A DNA stretch of 64,000 nt from an uncultured candidate division Zixibacteria bacterium (GTDB taxonomy: Bacteria; Zixibacteria; MSB-5A5; GN15; FEB-12). Where the stretch lies: contig OY760907.1 of assembly GCA_963664195.1 (NCBI GenBank), forward strand, positions 3,328,001-3,392,000, written 5' to 3'. Of this stretch, positions 50,001 through 60,585 are shown piece by piece (within the stretch, counting starts at the first letter, position 1; each line of letters begins with the position of its first letter). The notes beneath the pieces are model-generated. The model did no database searches, was not told the DNA's origin, and saw only the letters and a program-made list of their open reading frames with translations. Made by a program: the position numbers and the translations under genes.

Positions 50001-51594
50001 CAGCGACTGTGATGACACGGACGCCGGAATCAACCCGACTACAGTCTGGTATCAGGATTTCGACAGCGATACTTTTGGCAACTCTTCAGTCTCGTTAACA
50101 CAGTGCGAACAGCCAACGGGATACGTTCTCGATGATTCGGACTGCGACGATACCAACGCGGGGCTGAATCCAAACACCGTCTGGTATCAAGACTCCGATA
50201 GCGACACCTACGGTGATGCCGCTGAAACGTTGACTCAGTGTGAGCAACCCGATGGTTACGTGCCTGACAACACCGACTGTGATGACACAGACGGCGCAAT
50301 CAACCCGACTACAATCTGGTACGAAGACGCCGACAGTGACACGTTCGGTAATCCAACTGTCAGCCTCACGCAATGCGATCAGCCGACCGGCTATGTGTTG
50401 GACAACACCGATTGCGATGACACAAACGGTGCGGCCAATCCAAACGCCATCTGGTACGAAGATGCTGACAGTGACACATATGGTAATCCAGATGTGAGCC
50501 TCACGCAGTGTGAACAGCCAACGGGATACGTTCTCGATGATTCAGATTGTGACGACACTAGCGCCGACATCAATCCCACTACCGTGTGGTATGCAGACAC
50601 CGACAGCGACACCTACGGTGATGCCGCTGAAACGTTGACTCAGTGTGCGCAACCCGATGGTTACGTGGCCGACAATACCGACTGTGATGACACAAACGCC
50701 GCGATCAATCCGACTACAGTCTGGTACGAGGACGCTGACAGCGACACTTTCGGTAATCCTGCTGTCAGCCTCACACAATGCGATCAGCCGACCGGCTATG
50801 TGTTGGACAACACCGATTGCGATGACACAAACGGTGCGGCCAATCCAAACGCCATCTGGTACGAAGATGCTGACAGTGACACATACGGTAATCCAGATGT
50901 GAGCCTCACGCAGTGTGAACAGCCAACGGGATACGTTCTGGATGATTCAGATTGTGACGACACTAGCGCCGACATCAATCCCACTACCGTGTGGTATGCC
51001 GACACCGACAGCGACACTTACGGTGATGCCGCTGCAACGTTGACTCAGTGCGCGCAACCCGATGGTTACGTGGCCGACAATACCGACTGTGATGACACCA
51101 ATGGCGAGATTCATCCGGAGACAATCTGGTACATAGATGTCGACGGCGACGGCTATGGCACCACGGCGGCCACGCAGACCGGGTGCGAACAGCCCACCGG
51201 ATTCGTTCTTGTGGACGGAGACAACTGTTGGGCCAGTCATAACCCGGATCAGGCTGACGGCGACCTCGACGGCTTTGGCGACGCCTGTGACAACTGTGTA
51301 GACGACTTCAACCCGGACCAGGCTGATGCAAACGAGGATGGCATCGGCGACGTCTGTCAGACCTGTTGCACCGGCCCTTCGGTGGGCAATGTTGATGCCT
51401 CGCCGGACAATCTGGTGACGATGGGCGATCTCACGGTATTGATCGACCACCTCTTCATCTCGCTCGCGCCGCTCCAGTGTGTCGATGAGGGCAATACTGA
51501 TATGAGCGAGGACGGTCTGGTGACGATGGGTGATCTCACGCTGCTGATCGACCATCTCTTCATCACGCTCGACCCGCTCCCGGCATGTCCGTAG
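47041..51594 (+). CDS. Secreted thermolysin-family (M4) metalloprotease with FTP/PepSY propeptide, adhesin/MAM-like module, 45-aa acidic Cys repeats, TSP3-like repeats and dockerin-like tail
   Basis: NNAYWNG, HEWGH, GALNESFSD, GVHTNSG; repeat array; CCTGPSVGNVD dockerin. Confidence 0.92.
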   Translation: MNYKPHQISRILSSDRMLSGIIALTLILSMALAPALFAGQENNSTAKAKQIRNVERIDTFMEAKNGVPRYVEGVLSAPTAASNQVNAALTYLQNNENVYKLTNAARDMQVSRIIEDDLGMRHIRFQQRFEGLPVIGQEMIAHFGSDGILKTVNGTIEPKIKLDTAPDIQTPEAVSIADADLRSFFGPGEPNTPELVIFPWEGTTYLAWRMFLYSNSPMGRWEYFIDAHTGEVIYKANRVMQDTRDNDIGTGTSVMGDARNHIDTDYNGSTYDMIDETRQTSNNPHGHDGQMPSGEDIRTYIASSSLPGTLATDGDNVWNTTEQAAAVDGHVYSALVYDYWLREFGRNSFDDNGSTMQVSVNYSAEGDNNAYWNGSQIVIWSYGTGWRSLAGCPDVIAHEWGHAVTENCSSLAYQKESGALNESFSDMMGAAFEWAHDSLDTPDWGMGENGRTSGEPFRSMSEPHDYGDPDFYGTSDPNWIDVEGCSPSYYNDYCGVHTNSGVGNKWFYLLSDGGTHHSVTVTGIDVDNAIQIAYRANQLYWGVNTTYHEAALATITAANDLDGTGAWALQVANAWNAVGVSTPLPGLSFTYTTGAPETTLPGQTTTFEVVVSSYLGGVPISGTGQLHYKLNGGALQTTSMTETVTNTYDAVLPAMNCGDALEYYVSAEESTYGRLYDPDPASPRTAVPSTGTVTAFSDGFETDLGWTANGLWQRGTPAGAGGDHGNPDPSSAHTGSNVFGYNLSGDYGSSLSETHLTSPAIDCSDLANVSLTFWRWLGVEQPQYDHAYIRASNDGSSWTTLWENETEVTDDAWTEIELDLSSVADGQPTVYLRWTMGTSDGSWQYCGWNIDDVELTGTECSSLQDSDGDGVADAIDNCPDDYNPLQEDDDSDTFGAACDCDDTNEDINPNTVWYQDSDSDTYGNPSVSLTQCEQPTGYVLDDSDCDDTDAGINPTTVWYQDSDSDTYGNPSVSLTQCEQPTGYVLDDSDCDDTDAGINPTTVWYQDFDSDTFGNSSVSLTQCEQPTGYVLDDSDCDDTNAGLNPNTVWYQDSDSDTYGDAAETLTQCEQPDGYVPDNTDCDDTDGAINPTTIWYEDADSDTFGNPTVSLTQCDQPTGYVLDNTDCDDTNGAANPNAIWYEDADSDTYGNPDVSLTQCEQPTGYVLDDSDCDDTSADINPTTVWYADTDSDTYGDAAETLTQCAQPDGYVADNTDCDDTNAAINPTTVWYEDADSDTFGNPAVSLTQCDQPTGYVLDNTDCDDTNGAANPNAIWYEDADSDTYGNPDVSLTQCEQPTGYVLDDSDCDDTSADINPTTVWYADTDSDTYGDAAATLTQCAQPDGYVADNTDCDDTNGEIHPETIWYIDVDGDGYGTTAATQTGCEQPTGFVLVDGDNCWASHNPDQADGDLDGFGDACDNCVDDFNPDQADANEDGIGDVCQTCCTGPSVGNVDASPDNLVTMGDLTVLIDHLFISLAPLQCVDEGNTDMSEDGLVTMGDLTLLIDHLFITLDPLPACP
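49768..51228 (+). repeat. Ten full plus one partial 135-bp (45-aa) tandem repeats (WY.D.D.D.YG...C.QP.GYV.D..DCDD, MopE-related metal-binding type)
   Basis: Directly visible in protein and DNA. Confidence 0.92.
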
Positions 51595-51615
51595 TCTCTC
51601 AGAAGAACACGATTC

Positions 51616-51650
51616 AAGGGCCGGTTCTCGTATCAGAACCGGCCCTTTTC
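51616..51650 (+). terminator. Rho-independent terminator
   Basis: AAGGGCCGGTTCT/AGAACCGGCCCTT plus TT. Confidence 0.8.
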
Positions 51651-51683
51651 GTTACTAAGTCACAACTTCAGTCCAGGTCCTAC

Positions 51684-51712
51684 TTGACAAAATGGGTATC
51701 CGACGATATTAT
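51684..51712 (+). promoter_or_regulatory. Sigma70 promoter
   Basis: TTGACA-N17-TATTAT. Confidence 0.7.
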
Positions 51713-51808
51713 TGGAGTAGAGTACACAGCAATTGAACGGCGTCCACCATATTGGACCCCATTAATCGGGAGACCAGAACCTCCCACGCCAAACGAGGCG
51801 AGGATCAT

Positions 51809-54418
51809 ATGCGTAGTTATTTCTGTATCGTCAGGGGACGATTCGCTATTCTCCTGCTGGTCGTTCTGCTTGTTGCAATGAACGCTTTTTCCCACGATTG
51901 CTCTCGTTTGCCCGTTCCTGAATACGTTGACAACGGTTTTGTCCCTCAGGATGGCGACTACAAGCTGGCCGTCTATTGTGTCGTTCCGACCAACGTCACT
52001 TACGACCCGGAACTGCTTGATACGCTGATTGCCGCCACACTTGAAATCCAGGCCTGGTATCAGATCATTTCGGGTGGCGTCACGTTTGACCTGGAGTATC
52101 CGGAGGTCGTGCGCACCTATTACGGCGAGCAGACAAGAGAGTACTACCTGAACCACGGTGATTGGTGGGGCTCACTTCCTGCTGAAATGGATGCCAACGG
52201 ACACCCGATCTGGGAACCCGGATATATCGTATTGCTATTCGCTCACGGTTCAGGATGGTGGGCCGGAGCTGCCTCCAGTTGCGGCGGTGACTGTGGACTG
52301 GCCATAATCGGTACCGAGGCGTTCCCCTACTTCAATAATCCTGCCTACTCCGGGGGCGACTGTCCCGGCGGTACCGGAGTCGATGCCTGGCCGTGCACAC
52401 CGGTGGGAGCGATCGCCCACGAACTGGGACACACTTTCGGGCTGAACCATCCGGCCGACTTTCCGGCGACCGAGCCGGTTTCCAGGCACAGCGTTATGCA
52501 GGAACACTGGCACTACCCCAACTTCGCCCCACCCGCCAAAAGTCCGTGGGGCTTGCTCACTCCCGAAAGAGCATCCCTCTTCACCAACCCGTTTATGAAG
52601 GACAGCGTTGATCTGGTACAGGTTCACGAGAACGCAGACATCGTCAATCTTCCTCGCGACGAAAGCCTCATGCAGGTCGAGTGGGACGTATCTCTCCCCG
52701 ACGGCGACGGTTACCCGGACGATGGTTACAAAATACTGCTCGACGGCAACGGCTATTTTTATGTCGGTGGTCGCGTCTCAGGCGCTGGAAGCGATCTCTC
52801 GCTCGTGAAGCGCAGCACTGCAACCGGCGATACGGTCTGGACACGACAGTACAATCACTCGGGCAATGGAAACGAGGAATTCTGCGACATGGAGTTGGGC
52901 CCCGATGGCAGCATCTATGTGTCGGTGTGGATGTACATCTCCGGCGGGCCGGCAGACTACGTGACGATCAAGTACGATAGTGACGGCGTTTTGCAGTGGG
53001 CTGAAGAATATGACGGCCCGACCAGTGGCTGGGACTACCCGAAAGATCTTGCGGTCGGCGCCGACGGCTACGTCTACGTCACAGGCTGGAGCAACCAAAA
53101 CAGCTACGACTACCTGACCATCAAGTACACGTCCGACGGTGACACGGTCTGGACTGCCCGTTACAACAACAGCGGGGACAATCGTGACGAGCCCCGCGCT
53201 CTGGCCGTCGATGATGCCGGTAACGTGTACGTCACCGGCATGTGCTGGCGCAATGCGACTTACGACTGGATCACGGTCAAATACAACTCCTCGGGCGACA
53301 CACTGTGGACAGCGGTCAAGGACGGTCCCTCCCACAGTACGGACGAGCCGAGAGACATCGCAGTCGATGACGAGGGCAACGTGTATGTAGCCGGCAAGCT
53401 GCTCGTCCCCGGCGCGGCCGCATCCAACTTCGCCTTCACGACTATCAAGTACAATCCGTCTGGAGTCGAACAATGGGAGAACTTGTTTGAAGGTCCCTGG
53501 GGCACGGCTGAAGCCAAACAGGTTTTGATTGACCGCACCGGATGCCCGGTAACTACAGGCAACTGCTACACGGGCAGTTATTCCGAAGGCGGCACGGGGT
53601 ACGATTACTGCACAATCAAGTACGATCCCGCTACCGGCGACACGCTCTGGACAGCCCATTACAGCGGGCCGGGCAACGCACGCGATAGCGTAAAAGAGAT
53701 GACTATCGACGATGACAACAATATCTACATCACCGGCCGGAGCTTCGGAGCGAGTAGTTTTGGGGATGACTTCTGCACGGTGAAATACGCTCCGTACGGC
53801 GAGGAACAATGGGTCGTCCGTTCGGATTCCGCCCTCCACTATACCGAGGGTGCGTACTCAGTCGCGGTTGACGAGTCCGGCTATGTCTATGTCACCGGAT
53901 CGAGCGACTGGAATCAGTGGACTCTCAAGTACGGCCCCACGGCGGGAGCGCCCGTGTATCCGGATGCGCAGTTCAGTTGCACGATCGACGGCTTGGATAT
54001 CACATGCACCAACACATCGACTGACGCGACCCGCTACTACTGGACGTTTGATGATAGCACCATCAGTCATGAAACGAACCCGTCGCATACATACTTGCGA
54101 AGCGGCGACTTCACCGTGCGATTGCGCGCATCGGACGACGACGGCAACATGGATTTGTTTGCCGAACGGATCACCGCCAGCGGCACTTGTTGCACCGGAC
54201 CATCCGTGGGCAACGTCGACGGATCTGCTGACAATCTCGTTACCATGGGTGACCTGACAACTCTCATAGACCACCTCTTCATCTCTCTCATCCCATTGGT
54301 CTGTGTGGATGAGGGCAACTGCGATATGAGTCCCGACTTGCTGGTGACGATGGGCGACCTGACCGTGATGATAAGCTCGATGTTCATCACCCTTGATCCG
54401 CTGCCGCCCTGTCCGTGA
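51809..54418 (+). CDS. Secreted metzincin-type metalloprotease + SBBP beta-propeller repeats + PKD + dockerin-like domain
   Basis: HELGHTFGLNH and SVM Met-turn; AVDDAGNVYVTG...TIKY repeats; YYWTFDD...PSHTY PKD; dockerin. Confidence 0.85.
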   Translation: MRSYFCIVRGRFAILLLVVLLVAMNAFSHDCSRLPVPEYVDNGFVPQDGDYKLAVYCVVPTNVTYDPELLDTLIAATLEIQAWYQIISGGVTFDLEYPEVVRTYYGEQTREYYLNHGDWWGSLPAEMDANGHPIWEPGYIVLLFAHGSGWWAGAASSCGGDCGLAIIGTEAFPYFNNPAYSGGDCPGGTGVDAWPCTPVGAIAHELGHTFGLNHPADFPATEPVSRHSVMQEHWHYPNFAPPAKSPWGLLTPERASLFTNPFMKDSVDLVQVHENADIVNLPRDESLMQVEWDVSLPDGDGYPDDGYKILLDGNGYFYVGGRVSGAGSDLSLVKRSTATGDTVWTRQYNHSGNGNEEFCDMELGPDGSIYVSVWMYISGGPADYVTIKYDSDGVLQWAEEYDGPTSGWDYPKDLAVGADGYVYVTGWSNQNSYDYLTIKYTSDGDTVWTARYNNSGDNRDEPRALAVDDAGNVYVTGMCWRNATYDWITVKYNSSGDTLWTAVKDGPSHSTDEPRDIAVDDEGNVYVAGKLLVPGAAASNFAFTTIKYNPSGVEQWENLFEGPWGTAEAKQVLIDRTGCPVTTGNCYTGSYSEGGTGYDYCTIKYDPATGDTLWTAHYSGPGNARDSVKEMTIDDDNNIYITGRSFGASSFGDDFCTVKYAPYGEEQWVVRSDSALHYTEGAYSVAVDESGYVYVTGSSDWNQWTLKYGPTAGAPVYPDAQFSCTIDGLDITCTNTSTDATRYYWTFDDSTISHETNPSHTYLRSGDFTVRLRASDDDGNMDLFAERITASGTCCTGPSVGNVDGSADNLVTMGDLTTLIDHLFISLIPLVCVDEGNCDMSPDLLVTMGDLTVMISSMFITLDPLPPCP

Positions 54419-54443
54419 GGCCGTGTCCACACCCGAACAAACG

Positions 54444-54481
54444 AAAGCGGCCACCGTCAATTAAGATAGTGGCCGTTTTTG
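54444..54481. terminator. Bidirectional terminator between convergent genes
   Basis: AAAGCGGCCAC...GTGGCCGTTTTT. Confidence 0.7.
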
Positions 54482-54506
54482 TGTTTTGCAGTTGTACCGA
54501 GGCGCG

Positions 54507-55535
54507 CTAGTAACTGCTGGCGTTCAGTTTCACTTTTCCGCGGAATATCCAGTATATGCTCACCGTGTACGCAATCACCAGTGGCATACCCAGGACAGCA
54601 ATAGTCAGCATGATCTCAAGCGTTCGTGTCGACGACGCCGCACTGTAAATCGTCAGACTGTTTGCAATCTCCGGTTTTGACAGTAGCAAGTTCGGATACA
54701 TGCCTACTCCGAACGTAGCCATAAGGGCAACCATCGACGCACACGATGACAGGAACGCGAGGAATTCCCGACCATGGTGAATCTCTCTCGGTATGTTGGC
54801 AATCGCCAGCATGTTGAGGATCGGTATGGCCCACAGAATCGGGTTGTTGTGAATGTTCTCTGACATGTGCGGAGCGTAAATCAGAGTCGCCATCGTAGCA
54901 ACCGCATAGCATATGATGAAGAAAATAATCGTACGATTGATCCAACCGCGGACTCTTGCTTGAAGTTCGCCCTCGGTCTTCATCACAGCATAGATCGCGC
55001 CGTGCATCATGAACAGGGCCAAAGTTGTCAGGCCCACAACCAACGTATACGGGTGCAGCAGACCCAAAAAACTCCCGGCAAACTCGTGGGTTGTGTCGAG
55101 AGGTATCCCCCAGGCGACATTGCCGAGGGCTACGCCTATCAGCAGCGCCGATAGAATTGAGCTGACACTGAAACTGATATCCCAGAATTGTCGCCACCAT
55201 TTCATCGGCAGTTTGCTTCGAAAATCGATGGCCACGGCACGGAAAATCAATCCGACTAGCAGAAGCATCATGGCCAGATAGAAGCCGGAGAAGGCCGTCG
55301 CATACGCCTCCGGGAAAGCAGCAAACAGAGCGCCGCCGCCGGTGACCAGCCAAACCTCATTACCATCCCAGACCGGGCCGATTGCGTTGATCATGATGCG
55401 CCGCTCCGTATCGCCTCTTGTGAAAAGATGGAGAGCGCCAACCCCAAGATCGAAACCGTCGAGGATGGCATACCCGGTCAACAAGATGCCGACCAGAAGG
55501 AACCAGATGGTGTTGAGATCGAATACAAAGTTCAT
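54507..55535 (-). CDS. cydB: Cytochrome bd ubiquinol oxidase subunit II
   Basis: [25 protein letters not shown]. Confidence 0.96.
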   Translation of the reverse strand: MNFVFDLNTIWFLLVGILLTGYAILDGFDLGVGALHLFTRGDTERRIMINAIGPVWDGNEVWLVTGGGALFAAFPEAYATAFSGFYLAMMLLLVGLIFRAVAIDFRSKLPMKWWRQFWDISFSVSSILSALLIGVALGNVAWGIPLDTTHEFAGSFLGLLHPYTLVVGLTTLALFMMHGAIYAVMKTEGELQARVRGWINRTIIFFIICYAVATMATLIYAPHMSENIHNNPILWAIPILNMLAIANIPREIHHGREFLAFLSSCASMVALMATFGVGMYPNLLLSKPEIANSLTIYSAASSTRTLEIMLTIAVLGMPLVIAYTVSIYWIFRGKVKLNASSY

Positions 55536-56875
55536 ACTGTCCCCCCTTCTACGACGGTATTCTCTTCAGGCCCGTGTGATATCTTTTCGTTCAAGAGATA
55601 AACGAACAACGCCCCCAACAATAAGTATATCAGAGAAAAGAGAATCAACGACACAATGACCTCCGACGAACCGACACAGACAGACAAAGCATCAGATGTA
55701 CGCAGCAAACCGTGGACAATCCACGGCTGACGTCCGACCTCCGCTGAAAGCCACCCCAACTGATTTGCCAACACCGGCAGCAACACGGACACAACGAGTA
55801 TTCTCAGCAACAGCCGATTTTCAAACAGGCTCCCTCGCCACCACAAGAATGCGGCCAGCGCAGAGAGAAGGATCAGAGCCATCCCGATCGCTACCATCAG
55901 GTGGTAACTCTGGAACACAATGTTGACGGGGGGTCTGTCCTCTTCCGTAAATGCCTCCAGGCCGGTTACCGGAGCTTCGGTATCGAAATACAGCATGTAG
56001 CTCAGCATGCCCGGGATCTTGATGCCTGACACCTCGCCGGTTTCGTCGTCAACCCACCCGACAAGGTACATCGCCGCCGGAGCCGATGCCGGATAGTGCC
56101 CCTCGAACGCTGCCAGCTTTGCCGGCTGCGTCTCGGCGACCGTATCCGCACTGCCATGTCCAGTTGACAACTGCAGCACCGAAGCAACCAGCGCCACTAT
56201 AACTGCAATCTTCATTGAGCGCTTCGCAAAAGCCTGATGTCTTTTCTTGAGCAGATAGAAGGCGCTCACGCTAAGCACGAAAAACGCTCCAGCCTGCCAG
56301 CATCCCATATACACATGGCTGATTCTATCCAGAAACGACGGATTGAACACGACCTGCCAGAAATCCACAATCTCCGCCCGTGCCGCCAATCCGGTGCCGA
56401 CGATGTGATGCCCGGTCGGCGTTTGCTGCCAGGAATTCGCCACCACAATCCAGATTGCAGAGAAATGCGCTCCGAAACAGACGAGAATCGTTGCAATAAA
56501 GTGCGTCCGCGGTTTCACTTTGTCCCAGCCAAACAGCAATATCGCGAGAAACCCCGACTCCAGGAAGAAAGCGAATATCCCCTCAGCAGCCAGTGCACTG
56601 CCGAACACATCGCCAACATATCGACTGTAGGTCGACCAATTGGTACCAAACTGGAATTCCATGACTATCCCGGTGGCAACCCCGAGAGCAAAGATCAGCC
56701 CGAAAACTTTCACCCAGAATCGGGTCATCTGGTGGTACAGGACATCCCCCGTCTTCAGGTAGGCACTTTCCATGATGACGAGAAAAAGACCCAACCCGAT
56801 ACTCAACGGCGGAAATAGATAATGAAATCCGACCGTTAGTCCGAATTGAAGACGTGAGAGAAATGCATAATCCAT
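55532..56875 (-). CDS. cydA: Cytochrome bd ubiquinol oxidase subunit I (short Q-loop)
   Basis: SRLQF...[38 protein letters not shown]. Confidence 0.96.
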   Translation of the reverse strand: MDYAFLSRLQFGLTVGFHYLFPPLSIGLGLFLVIMESAYLKTGDVLYHQMTRFWVKVFGLIFALGVATGIVMEFQFGTNWSTYSRYVGDVFGSALAAEGIFAFFLESGFLAILLFGWDKVKPRTHFIATILVCFGAHFSAIWIVVANSWQQTPTGHHIVGTGLAARAEIVDFWQVVFNPSFLDRISHVYMGCWQAGAFFVLSVSAFYLLKKRHQAFAKRSMKIAVIVALVASVLQLSTGHGSADTVAETQPAKLAAFEGHYPASAPAAMYLVGWVDDETGEVSGIKIPGMLSYMLYFDTEAPVTGLEAFTEEDRPPVNIVFQSYHLMVAIGMALILLSALAAFLWWRGSLFENRLLLRILVVSVLLPVLANQLGWLSAEVGRQPWIVHGLLRTSDALSVCVGSSEVIVSLILFSLIYLLLGALFVYLLNEKISHGPEENTVVEGGTV

Positions 56876-57064
56876 CGCCAAGTTCTCCATTGAGTGACAC
56901 ACAATCTGCAGATAGGTGACATCCAAGTCGACCTGACTCAGCATGCTAAAACGATAGCAGTTCGTCAAGTGTTTTTGACAGCGGCGCAGAAGTCGCGACG
57001 CAATCGACGGTCGTGATGTGGTCGGAACTGACACAAATCGACATATCTCCAGTAACCTAAATCC

Positions 57065-57094
57065 TTGACAGGACAGGTAATAAGAATATATTAT
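57065..57094 (+). promoter_or_regulatory. Sigma70-type promoter
   Basis: TTGACA-N16-TATATT (or N18-TATTAT). Confidence 0.55.
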
Positions 57095-57328
57095 CTGAAT
57101 AACGGACGATTAGAGATTGCATGCCTCATTTCTCGGACAACCTAGACCCCCATTGTTTAGTATTGGCTCCCGTACTTCCTCCGTGGCATATTCAGTCCAA
57201 TCACCGTTGACTGACACCGGGTGTATCGACACATTGTCGTTTTCCACTGTAACTTACAAGCCTTCCGAGTGACACCTCAGGCTGGCACCAGAGACGAATC
57301 ATCACCAGAACAATGGAGTAGATGTAAG

Positions 57329-60280
57329 ATGAACATTTGTCAAAAAACGCGTCCACACGCAACAACCCGGGCCTGCACGGCCTTACTTCTCATGCTCACA
57401 GTCTGCCTCTGTAGCGCAGCCACCGCTTCGGCAGCCGACAAAGGGGCCAATAGCGCGGACTGGCTCAGTCCCCAGAGAGTCGAGTTGTCAAACAGCGCCC
57501 TTGCCGATCTGAAGGCCGATGTGCCGGGCGTCAAGGCGTACAGGACTGGCCAAAGGGTAAGTCGTCTCTACGGGACCACTTTCAGCCAGGGAGCAACAGC
57601 CGAACAATCGGCAGACCAGTTCCGCCTGGAACACGCTGACATATTCGGTGTCGCGCCGCAGGACCTGGTAGCGGGACAGCCCACCAAGCGCGGAGCGCTC
57701 ACACAACCGGTGATGTATGATCCGGAATCCGGCACTTATAAGTTCACTCTCGTCTATTACAGCCAGAAGATTGACGGAATTCCCGTCTTTGAATCCGAGC
57801 TGCGCCTTCTTGTCCGCAACGAAGCCGACTACCCGCTCGTTCTCGCCGCCTCGGCACTTCGCGATCTCGGTGACTTCGTGGTCGACCGCAGCAAAACCAG
57901 CGCACACTCCGTGGCAGCAGAACAGACGGCCGTTATGGTGGAGCCCAGCCTGACTTCCTTTTCCGAACAGGAGACAGTCATCTGGGCCGGACTTGACGAT
58001 CAACTGGTCAAGCCGCGCATGGCCGTCTCATTCATCGGCGAGTCCGATTTCCCCGAGAAATTCCTGTTTGTTGCGGATCCCGTCACCGGCGAAATACTGT
58101 ACAAACGCAACCTGCTGATTTTTGTCGATATTGAAGGTACCAATATGGGCATGGCATCGCAGGGTCCCGCCTCGGAGCAATGTGTTGAAGAGATTCCCGA
58201 GGCCCTCCCCTACGCCCGAGTCAACGTCGGCGAACAAGTAGCATACAGTGACGCCGAAGGCAACTTCGTTATCACCGATATCCTGGCTCCCGGTTCTGTG
58301 AACGTCGAGGCAAGACTCTGGGGCACCTGGTTCCGCGTTTACAACTACACCGGTACTGATCTGGTTACGACCATCCCGGTCACGCCTCCCGATGCCGCTG
58401 ATATTATGCACAATGCTGCCAATGACGACGAAAGCATTCGTGGCCAGGTTAACGTGTATATCGAAGCCAACGTCATTCGTGATATGGTCGTCAGGTGGAA
58501 CCCCTTGTATCCGAGCATGATGGACAACGAGTTTCCTATCTATGCCAGCCGGACCGACGGCTACTGCCCCGGCAATGCCTGGTATGACCCTTCCGAGGAA
58601 TCCATGAACTTCTGCCTCTCAGGAGACCAGTATCCGAACACAGCCTGGTCCTCGGTTATCCACCACGAGTACGGTCACCACCTTGTCAATATGGCCGGCT
58701 CCGGTCAAGACCAGTACGGTGAGGGACTGGGCGACTGCATGTCTGTCCTGCTATCGGACGTTCCAGAACTCGGCCTCGGATTCTACGGCCCGTGCGAGGA
58801 TCCCCTGCGCAACGCCGACAATGACTTCCAGTACCCCTGCACTGGATCAGGCCATACCTGCGGCCAGCTTCTGTCCGGTTCTATCTGGAGTACGCGCAAC
58901 GAGTTGGCACAGACGCATCCCGACGATTACCTGGATATCCTCCAGAATCTGACAGTAAACAGTATCCTCATGCACACCGGTTCAGTCATTACGCCTCAGA
59001 TTACAATTGACTTCCTGACGCTCGATGACGATGACGCCAACCTCGAAAACGGTACCCCCCACTACTGGGAAATCGCCGCGGGATTCGGCGCGCACAATAT
59101 GCCGGCACCGGAGCTCAGTCTGGCCGAGTTCGACTACGCGAACAGCGTTCCTACCCTTCTCTGGCCGGAAACTCCAGACACCTTCCAGGTGAGCATCACC
59201 GGACTGATAGGTGAAGAGCCGGTCTCTGGTTCAGGAATGCTCCATTACTCCGTTGACGGCGGCGCAACCGTATCGATTGCAATGGAAGAATCCGCCGCAA
59301 ATCAATACACGGCCATTCTGCCCGGGTTCCCTTGCTTCAGCAAGGTCGAATTCCAGGTCAGCACCGTGCTGGCAAGTGGCCCGACCATCTACAATCCGGC
59401 TCCTGGCAGCGAATTCAGTGCCCTTGTGGCCACGGACCAGAAGATAGCCTTTGAGGATGACTTTGAGTCCGACCAGAGTTGGACCGCCGAAGGTGCCTGG
59501 AGCCGAGGGACACCGACCGGAAACGGCGGGGAACACGGCAACCCGGACCCAACCTCAGGCCACGACTCACCAAATGTTTTCGGCTACAACCTGACCGGAG
59601 ACTATGACAATGGCATGTCGGAGACTAACCTGACTTCGCCGGCATTTGATTGCTCAGGTCTCGGTGGAGTGACGTTGAAATTCTGGCGCTGGCTCGGTGT
59701 CGAACAACCGTCTTATGACCACGCATACGTTCGAGTATCAAACGACGGCTCAACCTGGACCACGGTTTGGGAAAACGACGCCGAAGTCGCCGATGAAAAC
59801 TGGACCGAAGTCGAATACGATATCTCTGCCGTTGCCGACGGTCACTCCGCAGTCTACGTGCGGTTCACTATGGGGACGACCGACGGATCCTACAGGTATT
59901 GCGGCTGGAACATAGATGATCTTATCGTGTCCTCTTATGAGTGCGATGCCACGCCCGATTCCGACGCCGATGGCTATATGGACACAGAAGATAACTGCCC
60001 GTTGGTCAGCAACCCTGATCAGGCTGATACGGATGAAGACGGAATCGGCGACGCCTGCTGCTGTTCTGGTGCCGTTGGCAACACCGACTGTGACCCGAGC
60101 GGTGAGACGACAATGTCCGATCTGACGGTGTTGATAGACCACCTTTTTATCTCGCTAGACCCCATCTGTTGTCCGGGCGAGGCGGAGTTGGATGGAGAGG
60201 CAGACATCACAATGTCTGACCTGACCGTGTTGATCGACCACCTGTTCATCTCGCTTGCACCACTCAGCAACTGCCCGTAA
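57329..60280 (+). CDS. Secreted gluzincin (M4/M36-like) metalloprotease with adhesin/MAM-like module, TSP3-like repeat and dockerin-like tail
   Basis: FTP/PepSY-like propeptide, GNAWYD, HHEYGH...GEGLGD; CCCSGAVGNTDCD dockerin. Confidence 0.8.
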   Translation: MNICQKTRPHATTRACTALLLMLTVCLCSAATASAADKGANSADWLSPQRVELSNSALADLKADVPGVKAYRTGQRVSRLYGTTFSQGATAEQSADQFRLEHADIFGVAPQDLVAGQPTKRGALTQPVMYDPESGTYKFTLVYYSQKIDGIPVFESELRLLVRNEADYPLVLAASALRDLGDFVVDRSKTSAHSVAAEQTAVMVEPSLTSFSEQETVIWAGLDDQLVKPRMAVSFIGESDFPEKFLFVADPVTGEILYKRNLLIFVDIEGTNMGMASQGPASEQCVEEIPEALPYARVNVGEQVAYSDAEGNFVITDILAPGSVNVEARLWGTWFRVYNYTGTDLVTTIPVTPPDAADIMHNAANDDESIRGQVNVYIEANVIRDMVVRWNPLYPSMMDNEFPIYASRTDGYCPGNAWYDPSEESMNFCLSGDQYPNTAWSSVIHHEYGHHLVNMAGSGQDQYGEGLGDCMSVLLSDVPELGLGFYGPCEDPLRNADNDFQYPCTGSGHTCGQLLSGSIWSTRNELAQTHPDDYLDILQNLTVNSILMHTGSVITPQITIDFLTLDDDDANLENGTPHYWEIAAGFGAHNMPAPELSLAEFDYANSVPTLLWPETPDTFQVSITGLIGEEPVSGSGMLHYSVDGGATVSIAMEESAANQYTAILPGFPCFSKVEFQVSTVLASGPTIYNPAPGSEFSALVATDQKIAFEDDFESDQSWTAEGAWSRGTPTGNGGEHGNPDPTSGHDSPNVFGYNLTGDYDNGMSETNLTSPAFDCSGLGGVTLKFWRWLGVEQPSYDHAYVRVSNDGSTWTTVWENDAEVADENWTEVEYDISAVADGHSAVYVRFTMGTTDGSYRYCGWNIDDLIVSSYECDATPDSDADGYMDTEDNCPLVSNPDQADTDEDGIGDACCCSGAVGNTDCDPSGETTMSDLTVLIDHLFISLDPICCPGEAELDGEADITMSDLTVLIDHLFISLAPLSNCP

Positions 60281-60361
60281 GCTATTCGCGTAGCACACTT
60301 TAGCGTACGATTCGAGGCTCCGCCCTTGGATCGTACGCTTTCTTTTACTATTGTTAAACTC

Positions 60362-60389
60362 TTGACAAATCTCAATTTATGGATATCTT
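60362..60389 (+). promoter_or_regulatory. Sigma70-type promoter
   Basis: TTGACA-N16-TATCTT. Confidence 0.55.
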
Positions 60390-60585
60390 TATCTCGCATG
60401 GCTGAGAGAATGGGCGCCATGGGACACATCACGATTCTCTGAGTCTGGATAAATACCTCACACCCTCAGGCAGTTCGCGACAGCGGTTGCCTTTTATCGG
60501 ACAATACAGCGACGGTGGCTAATTCCACAGCTAATTCCGCGTGGAGAATGGGATCACACGCAAGGGAGAACCAAGAGGAGAGAAT

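Noticed and set aside
52778..53839. 353-aa minus-strand ORF
   Set aside because: Antisense shadow of the SBBP repeat region.
60400..60585. Riboswitch in the long leaders of the protease genes
   Set aside because: Only short hairpins; no recognisable aptamer consensus.
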